64,000 nt of DNA from an uncultured Verrucomicrobiae bacterium. GTDB taxonomy: Bacteria; Verrucomicrobiota; Verrucomicrobiia; Limisphaerales; Palsa-1400. The stretch spans positions 544,001-608,000 of the forward strand of contig CAVXRD010000001.1 in assembly GCA_963764165.1 (NCBI GenBank), read 5' to 3'. Under the pieces are notes generated by a model. The model saw only the letters and a program-made list of their open reading frames with translations, made no database searches and was not told the DNA's origin. Positions 46,179-56,830 of the stretch are shown piece by piece. How positions within the stretch are numbered: position 1 is the first letter of the stretch; every line of letters begins with the position of its first letter. A program made the position numbers and the translations under genes.

Positions 46179-48635
46179 ATGAAAATATTCCCCCGTCTGG
46201 CGCTTATCATCTGGGTGTGGATGGTCTGGTGGGTTCCATCGGCATCCGCCCAGCTTATTGGGCCGACCATCACCCAGATTTCCATCCGTTTCGTTGGGCC
46301 GCCCAACGTCAGCGAGGATTTCATCCGGGCCAATATTCGCTTGAAAGCCGGCGAACCGTTCACCCGCCCGGCGGCTGACCAGGATACGGTCACGCTTTAT
46401 CAAACCGGCTATTTCTTCAAGATCCAGATTCTGGCCGACGACCACGCGGGAGGCGTTTCATTGACATATGTCGTGCAGGGAAAGCCCATTTTGGCGGACC
46501 TGAAGATCATCGGCAACGTCCACATGAGCCTGAAGAAGGTCAAAAAGAAAGTGACCTCGAAGGTCAACCAAACGCTCGACGAGCGCAAGCTGTTCGATGA
46601 CGCGCTTTCCATCAAGGAGCTTTATGAGAAGGCAGGCTATGAAAAGACAACGGTTGAAGTGCTGCCGCCAGTGGTCGACGAGGCGGCCGGCCGCGGTTCC
46701 GCCACGATCGTCATCCACGAATCAGCCAAGGTCAAAATCAAGAACGTCGTCTTTGAAAACGTCGGCACCAATTTCACCCAGCATGCGCTGCGCAAGGTTC
46801 TTAAGAACACACGCCGCCGCTGGATGTTTTCATGGCTGACGGGCTCGGGCGTCTTGAAGGAAGACGGCTTCGACGAGGACAAGGACACGCTGGTGGATTT
46901 CTACCAGAACAACGGCTTCATTGATTTCGCCATCATGGATGTCAACAAGGAGTACATCAATCCGAAGTGGATGGTGCTGCACATCAAGGTTTCCGAAGGC
47001 AAGCAATACAAGGTCGGAACCGTCGACATCAAAGGGAACACCATCTTCACCACGAACGATTTTTTCCACGGCACTAATATTAACAAGATCATGATGAAGT
47101 TGAAGGAGCAGCCTGGAGCGATCTTCAAGCCGACCGATTTCAGCGCCGACGAGCAGACCATGCGCGATATGTACGGCTCCAAGGGCTATTTGGATTCGCA
47201 GCAGCGGGGCACCACTTTGATCGAGGCGACTCATTCGGCCAACCCCATCACCGGCACCATGGATCTCGCCTACGACATTCACGAAGGCGACAAGAATTAC
47301 ATCGAGAGAGTCATCATCAAGGGCAACGTCAAGACGAAAGACCGCGTTCTGCGCCGCGAGTTGGCTGTGTTTCCGGGCGAGGTTTACGACATGGTGCGCG
47401 TGAAGATCAGCAAGCAGCGCCTCGAAGGGATGGATTATTTCAGCAAGGTCGATGCCCAAGCGCAGGATTCCGACGTGCCGAATGCGAAGGATTTGGTGGT
47501 CGGCGTGGAAGAGAAGAGCACCGGCAGCTTCACTCTCGGCGCGGGCTTCAGCACCGTGGAAAGCATTGTCGGCACGGTGGAGGTCCGGCAGGGGAATTTC
47601 GATTTGTTCAATTCGCCAACGTTCACCGGCGCGGGACAAAAATTGCAGTTGCGCCTTTCCATCGGGACGCTGTTGCAGGATTACGATTTGAATTTCATCG
47701 AGCCTTGGTTTTTGGGAAAGAGGTTGATTTTCAGTGTCGATCTGTTCCATCGCGAGGTTTACTACAACGCGCTGCACGATGACTACGTCGAGACATTCGA
47801 CGGCGGCACGGTCAGCCTGACGAAAGCGCTGTTCGGCCTCCAGGCGCTGAAGGGCACCGTAAGTTACACGCTGCAAAATGTGCATGTCTCGATTCCATCG
47901 GGTTACGAGACTTTCCCCACCACCGACTATTCCACCGGGGTGCCTGTAGTGACACCGCCACAAGTATCAACCAACATTATGGCGGAGCGCGGAACCTATT
48001 TTGAATCGATTCCGGCGGTTGCGCTGGAGTATGACACGCGCAACAACTTGCGGATGGCGGACTCCGGCCAGGATTCTTCCATCAAGATCTCCGCGGCGAC
48101 TCCGCCGGGGGACGTGGAATTCTACAAGGTCGAAATGCGGACGGATTGGTATTTCAAGGGTTTCGGCAAGGGCCACATTTTTGAAGTGGTCGGCAAAGCG
48201 GGCTGGGTTACGCCTTGGGGCAACACGACTCACATCCCCATATTCGACCGCTACTTCCTCGGCGGCATGTATTCTTTGCGCGGCTACCGCTACGAGACGG
48301 TCGGCCCCCTCGATGACATGGGCGAAGCGCTGGGCGGCGACACGGATTGGTTTGCGTCGGCGGAATACAGCATCCCGCTGCTGCGCAACAGCAATATGAT
48401 CCGCTACGCATTCTTCTACGATATCGGCAACGTGTATCCCGGCTCGCTCAGCTTCAAGCCCGCTCCCGGCGACCAGTTCTATAATGACGACGTCGGGATA
48501 GGTTTGCGGATCGTCCTGCCCATCGGCGGCGGCACGCCGCTGCGGTTGGATTACGGCGTGCCAATTGAGCACGGGCCAACGGCCAGCCGGTTCGGAAAAT
48601 TCCAGTTTGGCATCGGATACTCACGCCAATTTTAG
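46179..48635 (+). CDS. bamA: Outer membrane protein assembly factor BamA
   Basis: POTRA domains (GNVKTKDRVLRREL), LRGY, terminal Phe. Confidence 0.95.
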   Translation: MKIFPRLALIIWVWMVWWVPSASAQLIGPTITQISIRFVGPPNVSEDFIRANIRLKAGEPFTRPAADQDTVTLYQTGYFFKIQILADDHAGGVSLTYVVQGKPILADLKIIGNVHMSLKKVKKKVTSKVNQTLDERKLFDDALSIKELYEKAGYEKTTVEVLPPVVDEAAGRGSATIVIHESAKVKIKNVVFENVGTNFTQHALRKVLKNTRRRWMFSWLTGSGVLKEDGFDEDKDTLVDFYQNNGFIDFAIMDVNKEYINPKWMVLHIKVSEGKQYKVGTVDIKGNTIFTTNDFFHGTNINKIMMKLKEQPGAIFKPTDFSADEQTMRDMYGSKGYLDSQQRGTTLIEATHSANPITGTMDLAYDIHEGDKNYIERVIIKGNVKTKDRVLRRELAVFPGEVYDMVRVKISKQRLEGMDYFSKVDAQAQDSDVPNAKDLVVGVEEKSTGSFTLGAGFSTVESIVGTVEVRQGNFDLFNSPTFTGAGQKLQLRLSIGTLLQDYDLNFIEPWFLGKRLIFSVDLFHREVYYNALHDDYVETFDGGTVSLTKALFGLQALKGTVSYTLQNVHVSIPSGYETFPTTDYSTGVPVVTPPQVSTNIMAERGTYFESIPAVALEYDTRNNLRMADSGQDSSIKISAATPPGDVEFYKVEMRTDWYFKGFGKGHIFEVVGKAGWVTPWGNTTHIPIFDRYFLGGMYSLRGYRYETVGPLDDMGEALGGDTDWFASAEYSIPLLRNSNMIRYAFFYDIGNVYPGSLSFKPAPGDQFYNDDVGIGLRIVLPIGGGTPLRLDYGVPIEHGPTASRFGKFQFGIGYSRQF

Positions 48636-48647
48636 AACTTAGGAGTT

Positions 48648-49292
48648 ATGAAAAAATTAATTAAAATTTGCCTCTGCTCAGCAGGCATCGCGGCCTTGGC
48701 GATGAATTCGCATGCCGAACAGAAAATCGCGACGTTTAACCTGCACAAGGCCTTCGACAGTTATTACAAGACCATACAATCCACCGCTGCCATGAAACAG
48801 GATGGGGAGGAAGTGGCCAAGGAGCACCAGGCGATGATGGATAATTTGCGGAAGCACAATGACGAACGCCTGAAGCTCGTCGACAAGGCAAACGACCAGG
48901 CCGTCTCCGCTGAAGAGCGCCAGAAAAGCAAACGCGAGCTCGACGACAAAATCGCCGAGATGGAGACCGAAAAACAATATCTGGCGGAATTCGAGCAGCG
49001 CGCCAATGTGCGCCTCCGCGAAAAGGAGCAGCAGCGGGTCACGGACATCGTGAAGGAAATTCAGGGCGTTGTCGCGGCCCACGCGAAGGCCGCAGGCTAT
49101 TCCATGGTGGTTGATTCATCCGCCAACAGCATCGTCAGCACGCCCATTTTCCTTTACACCAGCGGCCAGGATGACATGACCGATTCGATCATCAAGGAAC
49201 TCAATGCCGCCGCCCCTCCGGGCTCGTTGAATACAAATGCCGCGGCGGGCTTCATGACGAACTCGCTGCCGTTTACCCCGCCGATCAAATAG
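48648..49292 (+). CDS. skp: Skp/OmpH chaperone
   Basis: Signal peptide, coiled coil, GYSMVVD...DMTDSIIKELN; follows bamA. Confidence 0.9.
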   Translation: MKKLIKICLCSAGIAALAMNSHAEQKIATFNLHKAFDSYYKTIQSTAAMKQDGEEVAKEHQAMMDNLRKHNDERLKLVDKANDQAVSAEERQKSKRELDDKIAEMETEKQYLAEFEQRANVRLREKEQQRVTDIVKEIQGVVAAHAKAAGYSMVVDSSANSIVSTPIFLYTSGQDDMTDSIIKELNAAAPPGSLNTNAAAGFMTNSLPFTPPIK

Positions 49293-49312
49293 TTGCGGCC
49301 TGCATTTCTCAG

Positions 49313-49424
49313 GCCGGGCGAACCTCTGTCGAGCCCTGACTAATAAAGCAATTTGGCGGGCGAGGAAAGCCATCCTTCCCAAAAACTAAAAATCCAATCA
49401 TGGCTCGACAGAGCCTCGCCCCAC
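49313..49424. repeat. REP doublet, family B
   Basis: GGGCGAACCTCTGTCGAGCC ... GGCTCGACAGAGCCTCGCCC. Confidence 0.75.
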
Positions 49425-49434
49425 CGCGAATAAA

Positions 49435-49902
49435 TTACTCCGCCCTAAATCGGTTCGTTCCCTGAATTGCATCTGCCTTGCGGCCCTTCCGGATCATTTC
49501 GAGGAATTTCCGGCGCTGATCGGGAGTGAGCACCTCGCGAATATCCTCCCGGACGCGCTTCAGCTCTTCGGTCATTTGCGGCGAGATTTGACTCCACAGC
49601 GGCTGGGTCCGCTCCTGGCTCGTCCTCATGATTTTGGCGATTTCGTCGTGCTGGGCCGGAGTCAAATCCAAGGACTTGTCCATTTTCTTTAGAAATTCAA
49701 TCCGCTGCATTTGCAGAATGGGGCCCACCATCGAGGGGCGGTTGGTTGCTCCACTGGAATTAGTCGCAACGGCAAAAGAATTCGTAGCGCTGACCAGCGG
49801 CGCATCGGCGCGGGTCGCCATCGTTCGGGTCATCAGGCCGCCGGTGACGACACCGCAGGCAAAGATGACCATGGTGGCCAGAATGACCTTCCACGGACTC
49901 AC
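49435..49902 (-). CDS. Spy/CpxP-like periplasmic protein
   Basis: N-terminal TM; LDLTPAQ and VLTPDQ motifs. Confidence 0.7.
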   Translation of the reverse strand: MSPWKVILATMVIFACGVVTGGLMTRTMATRADAPLVSATNSFAVATNSSGATNRPSMVGPILQMQRIEFLKKMDKSLDLTPAQHDEIAKIMRTSQERTQPLWSQISPQMTEELKRVREDIREVLTPDQRRKFLEMIRKGRKADAIQGTNRFRAE

Positions 49903-50204
49903 CAGGCATCCTCGATGTGTTCACCGATCGGGGCGAAAACAGCGGCTTCAAAATCCTGGGAAAAATCTGCGGTCTCAACTGGCTTCTCATTGTGATAAGC
50001 CCAAACTCCACAAGCTGCGGTGATGGCGATGCAGGCGATGGCAGCCTGCCAAAGCGGGCGTCCCCATTGCGACCAGACATCCGGCGTGGCCGGACCCGAA
50101 AGGCGGCTCAAAATCCGCTTCTCAAATGCATACGGAACCTTGTCGCTGGGCGGATTGTTCCGCGCCGCGGCCATCAGTTTGTCGTGCAGCTCATTTACAT
50201 TCAT
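49899..50204 (-). CDS. Putative anti-sigma factor
   Basis: Single TM; directly downstream of an ECF sigma. Confidence 0.65.
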   Translation of the reverse strand: MNVNELHDKLMAAARNNPPSDKVPYAFEKRILSRLSGPATPDVWSQWGRPLWQAAIACIAITAACGVWAYHNEKPVETADFSQDFEAAVFAPIGEHIEDAW

Positions 50205-50243
50205 ACTGTGTCCATTTCTCAGACGTTTTGGGGAGCCAGTGGG

Positions 50244-50819
50244 TTACATGTACTTTTCTTTGGCCATTTTGGCCAAGATTTTTTTCATCTCGGCCCGCGC
50301 CCGGAAGGCGCGCACCTTGACCAAAGGCGTCGACCATCCTGTTATTTCCGCAATTTCCTTCACCGACTTTTCCTCAATCTCCAGCAGTGTTATCACCATC
50401 CGCGCCGGCGGCGAGAGGCGCGACATCACGTTCTCAATCAGCAGCTTCGCCGCATCCGCGTCAGAACTGGCGGATTCAGGGGCTTGCACAAATCGTTCCA
50501 GCCAGTCGGTTTCCGGCTGGGAAAGTTCTGTGAATGACGTCTCCCGATTTCGCTGGTGACTGCGAAGAAAATCGTAGCAAGTCCGCACCGTCAGCCGCAT
50601 CAGCCAATGCTCAAAAGGCGCCTCTCCGCGAAAACTGTCCAGCTTCTGGTATGCTTTGATGAAGACTTCCTGGACGATGTCCTCGATTTCGCTCTCCCGC
50701 CGGGCGTAGCGGCGGGCCGTCGCGAAAACCCGGGGCTGATATTTAATGACCAGCGGTTCGAAGCTGGCCGGATCGCCCCTTCGCGCAGCAGAAATCAGAT
50801 CCGCTTCCGTCGGCTCCAT
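50244..50819 (-). CDS. ECF sigma factor
   Basis: EDIVQEVFIKAY, SVKEIAEITG..VKVRAFRAR. Confidence 0.9.
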   Translation of the reverse strand: MEPTEADLISAARRGDPASFEPLVIKYQPRVFATARRYARRESEIEDIVQEVFIKAYQKLDSFRGEAPFEHWLMRLTVRTCYDFLRSHQRNRETSFTELSQPETDWLERFVQAPESASSDADAAKLLIENVMSRLSPPARMVITLLEIEEKSVKEIAEITGWSTPLVKVRAFRARAEMKKILAKMAKEKYM

Positions 50820-50878
50820 CCGCTTATTCTGCCACAAAGCGACGTCAAACAAAGCAGAACATTTTTCACGTTGTTCCA

Positions 50879-50973
50879 GGTAGCGCCTCGCCGAGGCGTC
50901 CGAGGACTCTCGCGAGTCCGTACGCGTTCGAAAAATGCCGCAGGCCCGGACGCCTCGGCGAGGCGTCCCTACC
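50879..50973. repeat. REP doublet, family A
   Basis: GGTAGCGCCTCGCCGAGGCGTCC ... GGACGCCTCGGCGAGGCGTCCCTACC. Confidence 0.85.
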
Positions 50974-51146
50974 TTTCAATTGCATAAAATCCGCCCCCTC
51001 TCCTCCACCGCGACGGGGAGAGGGGTGGGCGAAAAAGGAACTCATCTTTTTCCCTTTTCGTCCCGGCTGCGCGAGGCGTCGGCAGTAGAATCAACGCCAT
51101 CGGCAGGTTGCCAAAATTCAATTTCAACACCAAAACGCGCTGCGGA

Positions 51147-51515
51147 CTAAGTCGTTTTCGCCGTCTTCTTCTCCTGGTGCTGCTGAAGCTTCTTGAGCTT
51201 GTCCAGGTTCGTCTGTTCCTCTGTGGTAAGTGAACCTGTGGACTGCTTTTGTTCCAGAGCGGTGATCTTTGCATCGACCGCCGCTTTGACCTTTGCCTTC
51301 TTATCTTCGGGAGACAGCCCCTTCAAGTCCGCCTGCGTCAACCCCACGAAAGCCAGCAATTTGCGGCGCTCCTCGGCCCTTTTGGCGGGATCGGCATTTT
51401 TCTTCACCGGTCGATCTGCGCTGGGCACGGAATTCGTTGGTTCGTAAGCGAAGAGCGAAGTCGAAGAAATTGCCATGAACCCGGCAGCCACTGTAAGCAT
51501 GAGTAACTTTTTCAT
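51147..51515 (-). CDS. Secreted Lys-rich hypothetical protein
   Basis: Signal peptide MKKLLML...SLFA. Confidence 0.7.
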   Translation of the reverse strand: MKKLLMLTVAAGFMAISSTSLFAYEPTNSVPSADRPVKKNADPAKRAEERRKLLAFVGLTQADLKGLSPEDKKAKVKAAVDAKITALEQKQSTGSLTTEEQTNLDKLKKLQQHQEKKTAKTT

Positions 51516-51736
51516 TGTATTATTGCAGACGTTCACGCCATGGCGGAGGTTACAAGCCACAATCACAAGCGAAACCCGGTGGAGTGAAGCTCTCCAATGA
51601 ATCTGTGCAATGAGCGCACCCGGAAGTTTAAATAGTTCATCAGCGCTTCTCACTTATCGTTTGGCCGGGGCCTCCTGCCGAGCCGCGCGCCCGCTATTGA
51701 TTTGCTCCATTTGGCGTGAGCGATTAAAGTCCACCA

Positions 51737-52849
51737 ATGCAATTGACCGCAAAATTTCAGCCGCCCACGCGCCTCCTTTTGGGGCCGGGGCCGAGCAATG
51801 CCGCGCCCTCCGTTCTCCAAGCCATGTCGCTGCCCCTGGTGGGGCATCTTGATCCGGTTTTTGTGCAATTGATGGAGGAAATCAAGCGGATGCTGCGCAC
51901 CGTGTTTCAAACTTCCAACGACATGACATTTCCCGTCAGCGGCACCGGCAGCGCGGGGATGGAATTTTGCTTTGCCAATCTCATCGAGCCGGGCGACGAG
52001 GTGGTCATCGGCGTCAACGGAGTTTTTGGCGGACGGATGGTGGATGTGGCGGAGCGCTGCGGGGCGCGCGTCACGAAAGTCGAGGCGCCGTGGGGAAATA
52101 TAATTGACCCGGCGGCGGTCGCGGATGCTCTCAATAAAGTGCGTCCTAAATTGGTGGCCGTTGTTCACGCGGAAACCTCGACAGGCGCATTGACTCCGGT
52201 GGAAGAAATTTCAAAATTGGCGCACGACGCCGGCGCGCTTTTTGTGCTCGATGCCGTGACATCCCTTGCCGGGCATCCCGTTCTTATTGACAAGTGGGGA
52301 GTCGACGCCGTTTACAGCGGCACGCAAAAATGCCTGAGCTGCCCGCCGGGCTTAAGCCCCGTTTCGTTCGGCGCGCGCGCGATGGCGGCCGCAACGCAGC
52401 GCAAGCGCAAAGTGCAAAGCTGGTATCTTGACGTGAACATGCTCGCGTCCTACTGGGGCCAGGATCGCGTTTACCATCACACCGCGCCGATCTCGATGAA
52501 TTACGCGCTGCACGAAGCGCTGCGGCTTATTCTCGAGGAAGGTTTGGAAAACCGCTGGCATCGCCATGAGCAAACGCACCTCGCGTTGAAACACGGCTTG
52601 GCCGAAATGGGATTGGAATTCTCCGCGCAAGCCGGCCATCAATTGTGGTCGCTCAACGCGGTCCGTGTTCCCGAAGGCGTCGATGAAGCCGCCATTCGCA
52701 AAGCCTTGCTGAACGATTTCAATATCGAAATTGGCGCGGGGCTTGGACCATTGAAGGGTAAAATCTGGCGCATCGGATTGATGGGCGAGAATTCGCGTGT
52801 CGAAAACGTGGAGAAAGTGCTCTCTGCTCTAAAGACTTTGCTGCACTGA
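51737..52849 (+). CDS. Alanine-glyoxylate/serine-pyruvate aminotransferase (class V)
   Basis: LLLGPGPS, VHAETSTG, DAVTS, SGTQKCL. Confidence 0.9.
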   Translation: MQLTAKFQPPTRLLLGPGPSNAAPSVLQAMSLPLVGHLDPVFVQLMEEIKRMLRTVFQTSNDMTFPVSGTGSAGMEFCFANLIEPGDEVVIGVNGVFGGRMVDVAERCGARVTKVEAPWGNIIDPAAVADALNKVRPKLVAVVHAETSTGALTPVEEISKLAHDAGALFVLDAVTSLAGHPVLIDKWGVDAVYSGTQKCLSCPPGLSPVSFGARAMAAATQRKRKVQSWYLDVNMLASYWGQDRVYHHTAPISMNYALHEALRLILEEGLENRWHRHEQTHLALKHGLAEMGLEFSAQAGHQLWSLNAVRVPEGVDEAAIRKALLNDFNIEIGAGLGPLKGKIWRIGLMGENSRVENVEKVLSALKTLLH

Positions 52850-53512
52850 CGCGCCGCGGCTCTGCAATTCCCGCAACCCCTCCTCCGCCTCGGCGCGCGG
52901 GAGGTTTCCGGCTTCCAAGACGGAATCGCGCTGGCCGAGAACGCGTTCGTAAAACGATTCACCCAGCTCCAGGCTGGCCGGATGGTTGGCTGTTTCGTCA
53001 AGTATAAGAAAAAGCTGGTCTTCCGCTTTGTCCCATTGGCCGGTGCTTTCATAATGGCGCATGAGCAGCGCCCGCGTCCGGATTGGCAGCGGCTCGCCCG
53101 CCAGTGACAAGGTCAATTCCTCAGCGCGTGGAACGTAGGCAGGATGCCCGTCCGGCCCTTCATCCGCGGAGACATTCAGCAAAAGCTGCAGCGCTTTGAG
53201 CCGGATTCCGCGCGCGTCACCCGCGCGATTTTCCGCCGCGGCGATTTCTCCCGCTTCGCTCAGCAATGCGATGACCATGAACACGCGGTCATGGACGGCT
53301 TGGGTCGGCTGGTCTTGCATGAGGCGCGCGAGCAACTCTGTTTCGGAAAGGGCGGCAATGCCCTTGGGGCCGAGCGCCGCCAGTTTTTGAAATTCCTCGT
53401 CCAGCGCGGATTGGGCGTCCTGCCAGCGGCCATCCTTGCGGAATTGGCGAATGCGCATGAGTGCCTGCATGCACTCCTCAATCATTCTGATCACGTAATC
53501 GCGGCGAAACAT
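52829..53512 (-). CDS. DUF6483-like helical protein
   Basis: RRDYVIRMIE...KAEDQLF...GNLPRAE. Confidence 0.65.
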   Translation of the reverse strand: MFRRDYVIRMIEECMQALMRIRQFRKDGRWQDAQSALDEEFQKLAALGPKGIAALSETELLARLMQDQPTQAVHDRVFMVIALLSEAGEIAAAENRAGDARGIRLKALQLLLNVSADEGPDGHPAYVPRAEELTLSLAGEPLPIRTRALLMRHYESTGQWDKAEDQLFLILDETANHPASLELGESFYERVLGQRDSVLEAGNLPRAEAEEGLRELQSRGASVQQSL

Positions 53513-53574
53513 CTGTTGTCTATTCTACAATATTGGAAGCTGCGTCGCCACCGGGAAAGGTAGGGACGCCTCGC

Positions 53575-53716
53575 GGAGTCTGTCTCAAAACTCAAAAACG
53601 GCTTTAAAAAGCACCACCAAAACACCCTCACCGAAAATAAAAATGCGCCATATCGAAAATGAGAGATTGGTAGTATTGACACACTTTGAGGATTTTGTAG
53701 TTTTGAGACAATCTCC
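53575..53716. mobile_element. 142-bp MITE sharing ends with the adjacent IS
   Basis: GGAGTCTGTCTCAAAACT ... AGTTTTGAGACAATCTCC, flanked by a GC duplication. Confidence 0.85.
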
Positions 53717-53790
53717 GCCGAGGCGTCCGGGGTGAGGCGTTCTCCATGCGCATGCCGCGGCATTCATCCCGCGCAACCGGACGCCTCGGC

Positions 53791-55475
53791 GGAGACTGTC
53801 TCAAAACGTTTTAGTCTGGCCGATCTGGTTATATGGGCACCAATAGGGGCTGTGGAAACGGGTGTCAACTTTTAGTTGTCAGAGCGTGGCTGGCGTCAGC
53901 GATGACGCCAAGCTTCCCTTTCCCTCCTTTTTTAGGCCGCCATCGCCAAATTTCCTTCAACCGCGGCGGTTTTGACTTCCATTTTCGGCGTCTGGACCCG
54001 GGCCTGCCACTTTTTATAGAGGATTCGCAGGTTCAAGGTGGCGCATAACAAGGCCCATTGGGCTTGCACGGCTTCCAGACCCCAAACTGTCCAACGCCGA
54101 AAGCCGTCGTGTTGCTTGAGCTGCCCAAACCGGCGTTCGATGATCTCTTTGCGCTTTCCATAAAGCGCGGCGGGTCCTGGCTCTTGCAGCCGGGCCCGCA
54201 TGGCTTGCACCAGCGTGGTGTGCGGCCACACTTCGACTTGCCGCCCTTTGGGATCGCGGCTGCAGAGGGCGCGCACGGGACAGTCTCGGTGATGGCAGCG
54301 GAAGCGCTCAACGGTCTGGCCTTTCTTGGTGGTCTGGCCTTCGTGGTCCAGAAGGCGCTCTTGCGGGCAGGTGACGGTGTGGGCCGCCTCGTCATAATGA
54401 AAATGCTGCGTCGCGTAGGCGTTGTCGTGGGCTGGCTTGCCCTCCGCCGGCGGGGCCAGCACATTCATCTGCTGTTCCACGGCCGCTTTCAAGTCGGCCC
54501 CGCCCCCATAGCCGGCGTCGGCGGCGGTGAGGGTTGGAATGGCCGCCGGACCGAGGTTTTGCCTCGCTTCTTCAATCATGGGGACCAGCTGGCCGGCGTC
54601 GGTTTCCTGGCGGGTGGCTTGACAGGCGACCATGATGCCCTCCTGGCTGTCGGCCACCGCCTGGGCGTTGTAGGCAAAGCGGTTGGTGTCGCCGACTTTC
54701 ATCCGGCGCGCCTCCGGTTCGGCTGGATGGTAATGGTGGCGCCCGTCGGCCTGCAGCTGGGCCAGGCCTTTTTTGATTTCCTCGCGCAGGGCCTGGCGCT
54801 GGGCCAACCCGGCGGGCAGCCGGCAGCCCGGTGCGCTGGAATCCTGGTTCTCCGCCACGACTTTGAGCTCGATTTCCTCCAAGGCGCCATCCAGCTGGGC
54901 CAGGAGCTTCTCCATGTAAACCTTGCTCCAGCCCTGCGGCCCGCTGCAGGCGGCTTGAATCTTGGTGCCGTCCAACGCTTGCAAGGCAAATCCCACCGCC
55001 CCGGTGCGGAGGGCCAGCTGCACGGTTTGCTTGAAAACCTGGCGCAGGGCCTTTTTGTTTCCGTCCCAGAACCGCCAGAGGCTGTTGTGGTCGGGGGCGT
55101 TGAGCCCCGTCAGCCACAGCAGCGAGACATGCTCCGTGCAGGCGGTTTCCAGCTTGCGGGTGGAGCGAATGCGGTGGAAATAACCGTAAAGCCAAATCTT
55201 GAGCAGGAGGCTGGGGGCATAGGGCGGACGGCCTTCGGCGGCGGCGGGAATGACAAACCCAAGCTGGGGCAGATCCAACTGGTCGACAAATTCGCGCAGG
55301 AAGCGGGCGGGATGGTCGGCGGACACCCAGTCCTCCAGGGCGGGCGGGAGGAGGAACTGCTGTCCGTAATCAGGGGCAATCGGTTGAGCCATATTTGTTG
55401 AACGGCATTGTCAACTAAAGGCTCACATATTGTCAAATACATTCCTCAAAAAACAGAAGTTTTGAGACAATCTCC
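53791..55475 (-). mobile_element. IS1182-family insertion sequence, 1685 bp
   Basis: Inverted repeats GGAGACTGTCTCAAAAC and GTTTTGAGACAATCTCC; GC duplication. Confidence 0.92.
53932..55392 (-). CDS. IS1182-family DDE transposase
   Basis: GRPPYAPSLLLKIWLYGY, LDGTKIQA, YNAQ, ADAGY, RKEIIERRFG.LK. Confidence 0.92.
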   Translation of the reverse strand: MAQPIAPDYGQQFLLPPALEDWVSADHPARFLREFVDQLDLPQLGFVIPAAAEGRPPYAPSLLLKIWLYGYFHRIRSTRKLETACTEHVSLLWLTGLNAPDHNSLWRFWDGNKKALRQVFKQTVQLALRTGAVGFALQALDGTKIQAACSGPQGWSKVYMEKLLAQLDGALEEIELKVVAENQDSSAPGCRLPAGLAQRQALREEIKKGLAQLQADGRHHYHPAEPEARRMKVGDTNRFAYNAQAVADSQEGIMVACQATRQETDAGQLVPMIEEARQNLGPAAIPTLTAADAGYGGGADLKAAVEQQMNVLAPPAEGKPAHDNAYATQHFHYDEAAHTVTCPQERLLDHEGQTTKKGQTVERFRCHHRDCPVRALCSRDPKGRQVEVWPHTTLVQAMRARLQEPGPAALYGKRKEIIERRFGQLKQHDGFRRWTVWGLEAVQAQWALLCATLNLRILYKKWQARVQTPKMEVKTAAVEGNLAMAA

Positions 55476-55529
55476 GCGAGGCGTCCCTACCTCCTTGCCT
55501 CTTGGCGCTTTCTACGCGATAATCCCAGC

Positions 55530-56738
55530 GTGACTGCTACAGAGACCATGTCCCCTGCGGTGCCGGATGCGCAGGGCCGTTTTGGCCCTTACGGGGGACG
55601 TTTTGTGCCGGAAACCTTGATGCATCCTCTCCAGCAACTGGAGGAGGAATATTTTCGCGCCCAGCAAGACCCGGCTTTTCAGGAGGAACTCTCCTATTAC
55701 CTTCGCAATTTCGTGGGCCGCCCCACTCCGCTCTATTTCGCCGAGCGTTTGACCCGCGAACTTGGCGGCGCGAAGATTTATTTGAAGCGCGAAGATTTGA
55801 ACCACACCGGCGCGCACAAAATCAACAACGCGATGGGCCAGATTCTATTGGCGCGGCGGATGGGGAAAACGCGCATCATTGCCGAAACCGGCGCGGGCCA
55901 GCATGGTGTTGCCACGGCCACAGTGGCGGCGATGTTTGGTTTGAAGTGCGTCATTTACATGGGCGAGGTCGATTGCCGGCGGCAGGAGTTGAATGTCATC
56001 CGCATGCAGATGCTCGGCGCGGAAGTTGTTTCTGTCACCGCCGGCCAAAAGACTTTGAAGGAAGCAGTCAACGAAGCGATGCGCGATTGGGTCACGAATG
56101 TTCGCTCCACGCATTACATTTTGGGCACCGCTTACGGCGCGCATCCCTACCCGGTGATGGTTCGCAATTTTCAGCGCATCATTGGCGATGAGGCGCGGCG
56201 GCAAATCCTTGAACAGGAAGAGCGCCTGCCCAACTTGCTGATCGCCTGCGTCGGCGGCGGCTCCAATGCGATTGGGCTTTTCTACCCGTTCCTGGAGGAC
56301 GAATCCGTCCGCATGCTCGGCATCGAGGCCGGTGGGGAAGGCATTATTCCCGAGCGCCACGCCGCGCGTTTTCAAGGCGGTTCGCTGGGCGTTTTGCAGG
56401 GGACGCGTTCTTTCATCTTGCAGGACGAGCATGGCCAGATTCAGTTGACACACAGCGTTTCGGCTGGCCTCGATTACGCGGCGGTCGGACCGGAACACGC
56501 CTGGCTGCGCGACAAGGGCCGGGTCGAATACGGCTACGCGACCGATGACAAAGCGATCGAAGCGTTTAACAAATTGGCGCGATTGGAAGGAATTATCCCG
56601 GCGCTGGAATCTTCCCATGCGGTGGCCGCCGTGATCGAACGCGCGCCGAAAATGGCGAAGGATCAACTCGTCATCGTCAACCTTTCGGGGCGTGGCGATA
56701 AGGATGTCGCGCAAGTCGCGGCGCGCATGAAATTGTAA
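55530..56738 (+). CDS. trpB: Tryptophan synthase beta subunit
   Basis: [39 protein letters not shown]. Confidence 0.97.
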   Translation: MTATETMSPAVPDAQGRFGPYGGRFVPETLMHPLQQLEEEYFRAQQDPAFQEELSYYLRNFVGRPTPLYFAERLTRELGGAKIYLKREDLNHTGAHKINNAMGQILLARRMGKTRIIAETGAGQHGVATATVAAMFGLKCVIYMGEVDCRRQELNVIRMQMLGAEVVSVTAGQKTLKEAVNEAMRDWVTNVRSTHYILGTAYGAHPYPVMVRNFQRIIGDEARRQILEQEERLPNLLIACVGGGSNAIGLFYPFLEDESVRMLGIEAGGEGIIPERHAARFQGGSLGVLQGTRSFILQDEHGQIQLTHSVSAGLDYAAVGPEHAWLRDKGRVEYGYATDDKAIEAFNKLARLEGIIPALESSHAVAAVIERAPKMAKDQLVIVNLSGRGDKDVAQVAARMKL

Positions 56739-56742
56739 AGCC

Positions 56743-56817
56743 GGCAGGGCGAGACTCCGTCGAGCCCTGATTAAGTCCCTAAAATCCAATCAGGGCTCGA
56801 CGGAGTCTCGCCCTGCC
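56743..56817. repeat. REP doublet, family B
   Basis: GGCAGGGCGAGACTCCGTCGAGCCCTGATT and its perfect inverse. Confidence 0.85.
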
Positions 56818-56830
56818 GAAATATTTGCCC

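Noticed and set aside
50994..51028. CCCCTCTCC...GGAGAGGGG hairpin as an ncRNA
   Set aside because: A single intergenic palindrome, more likely a terminator or another repeat family; no further support.
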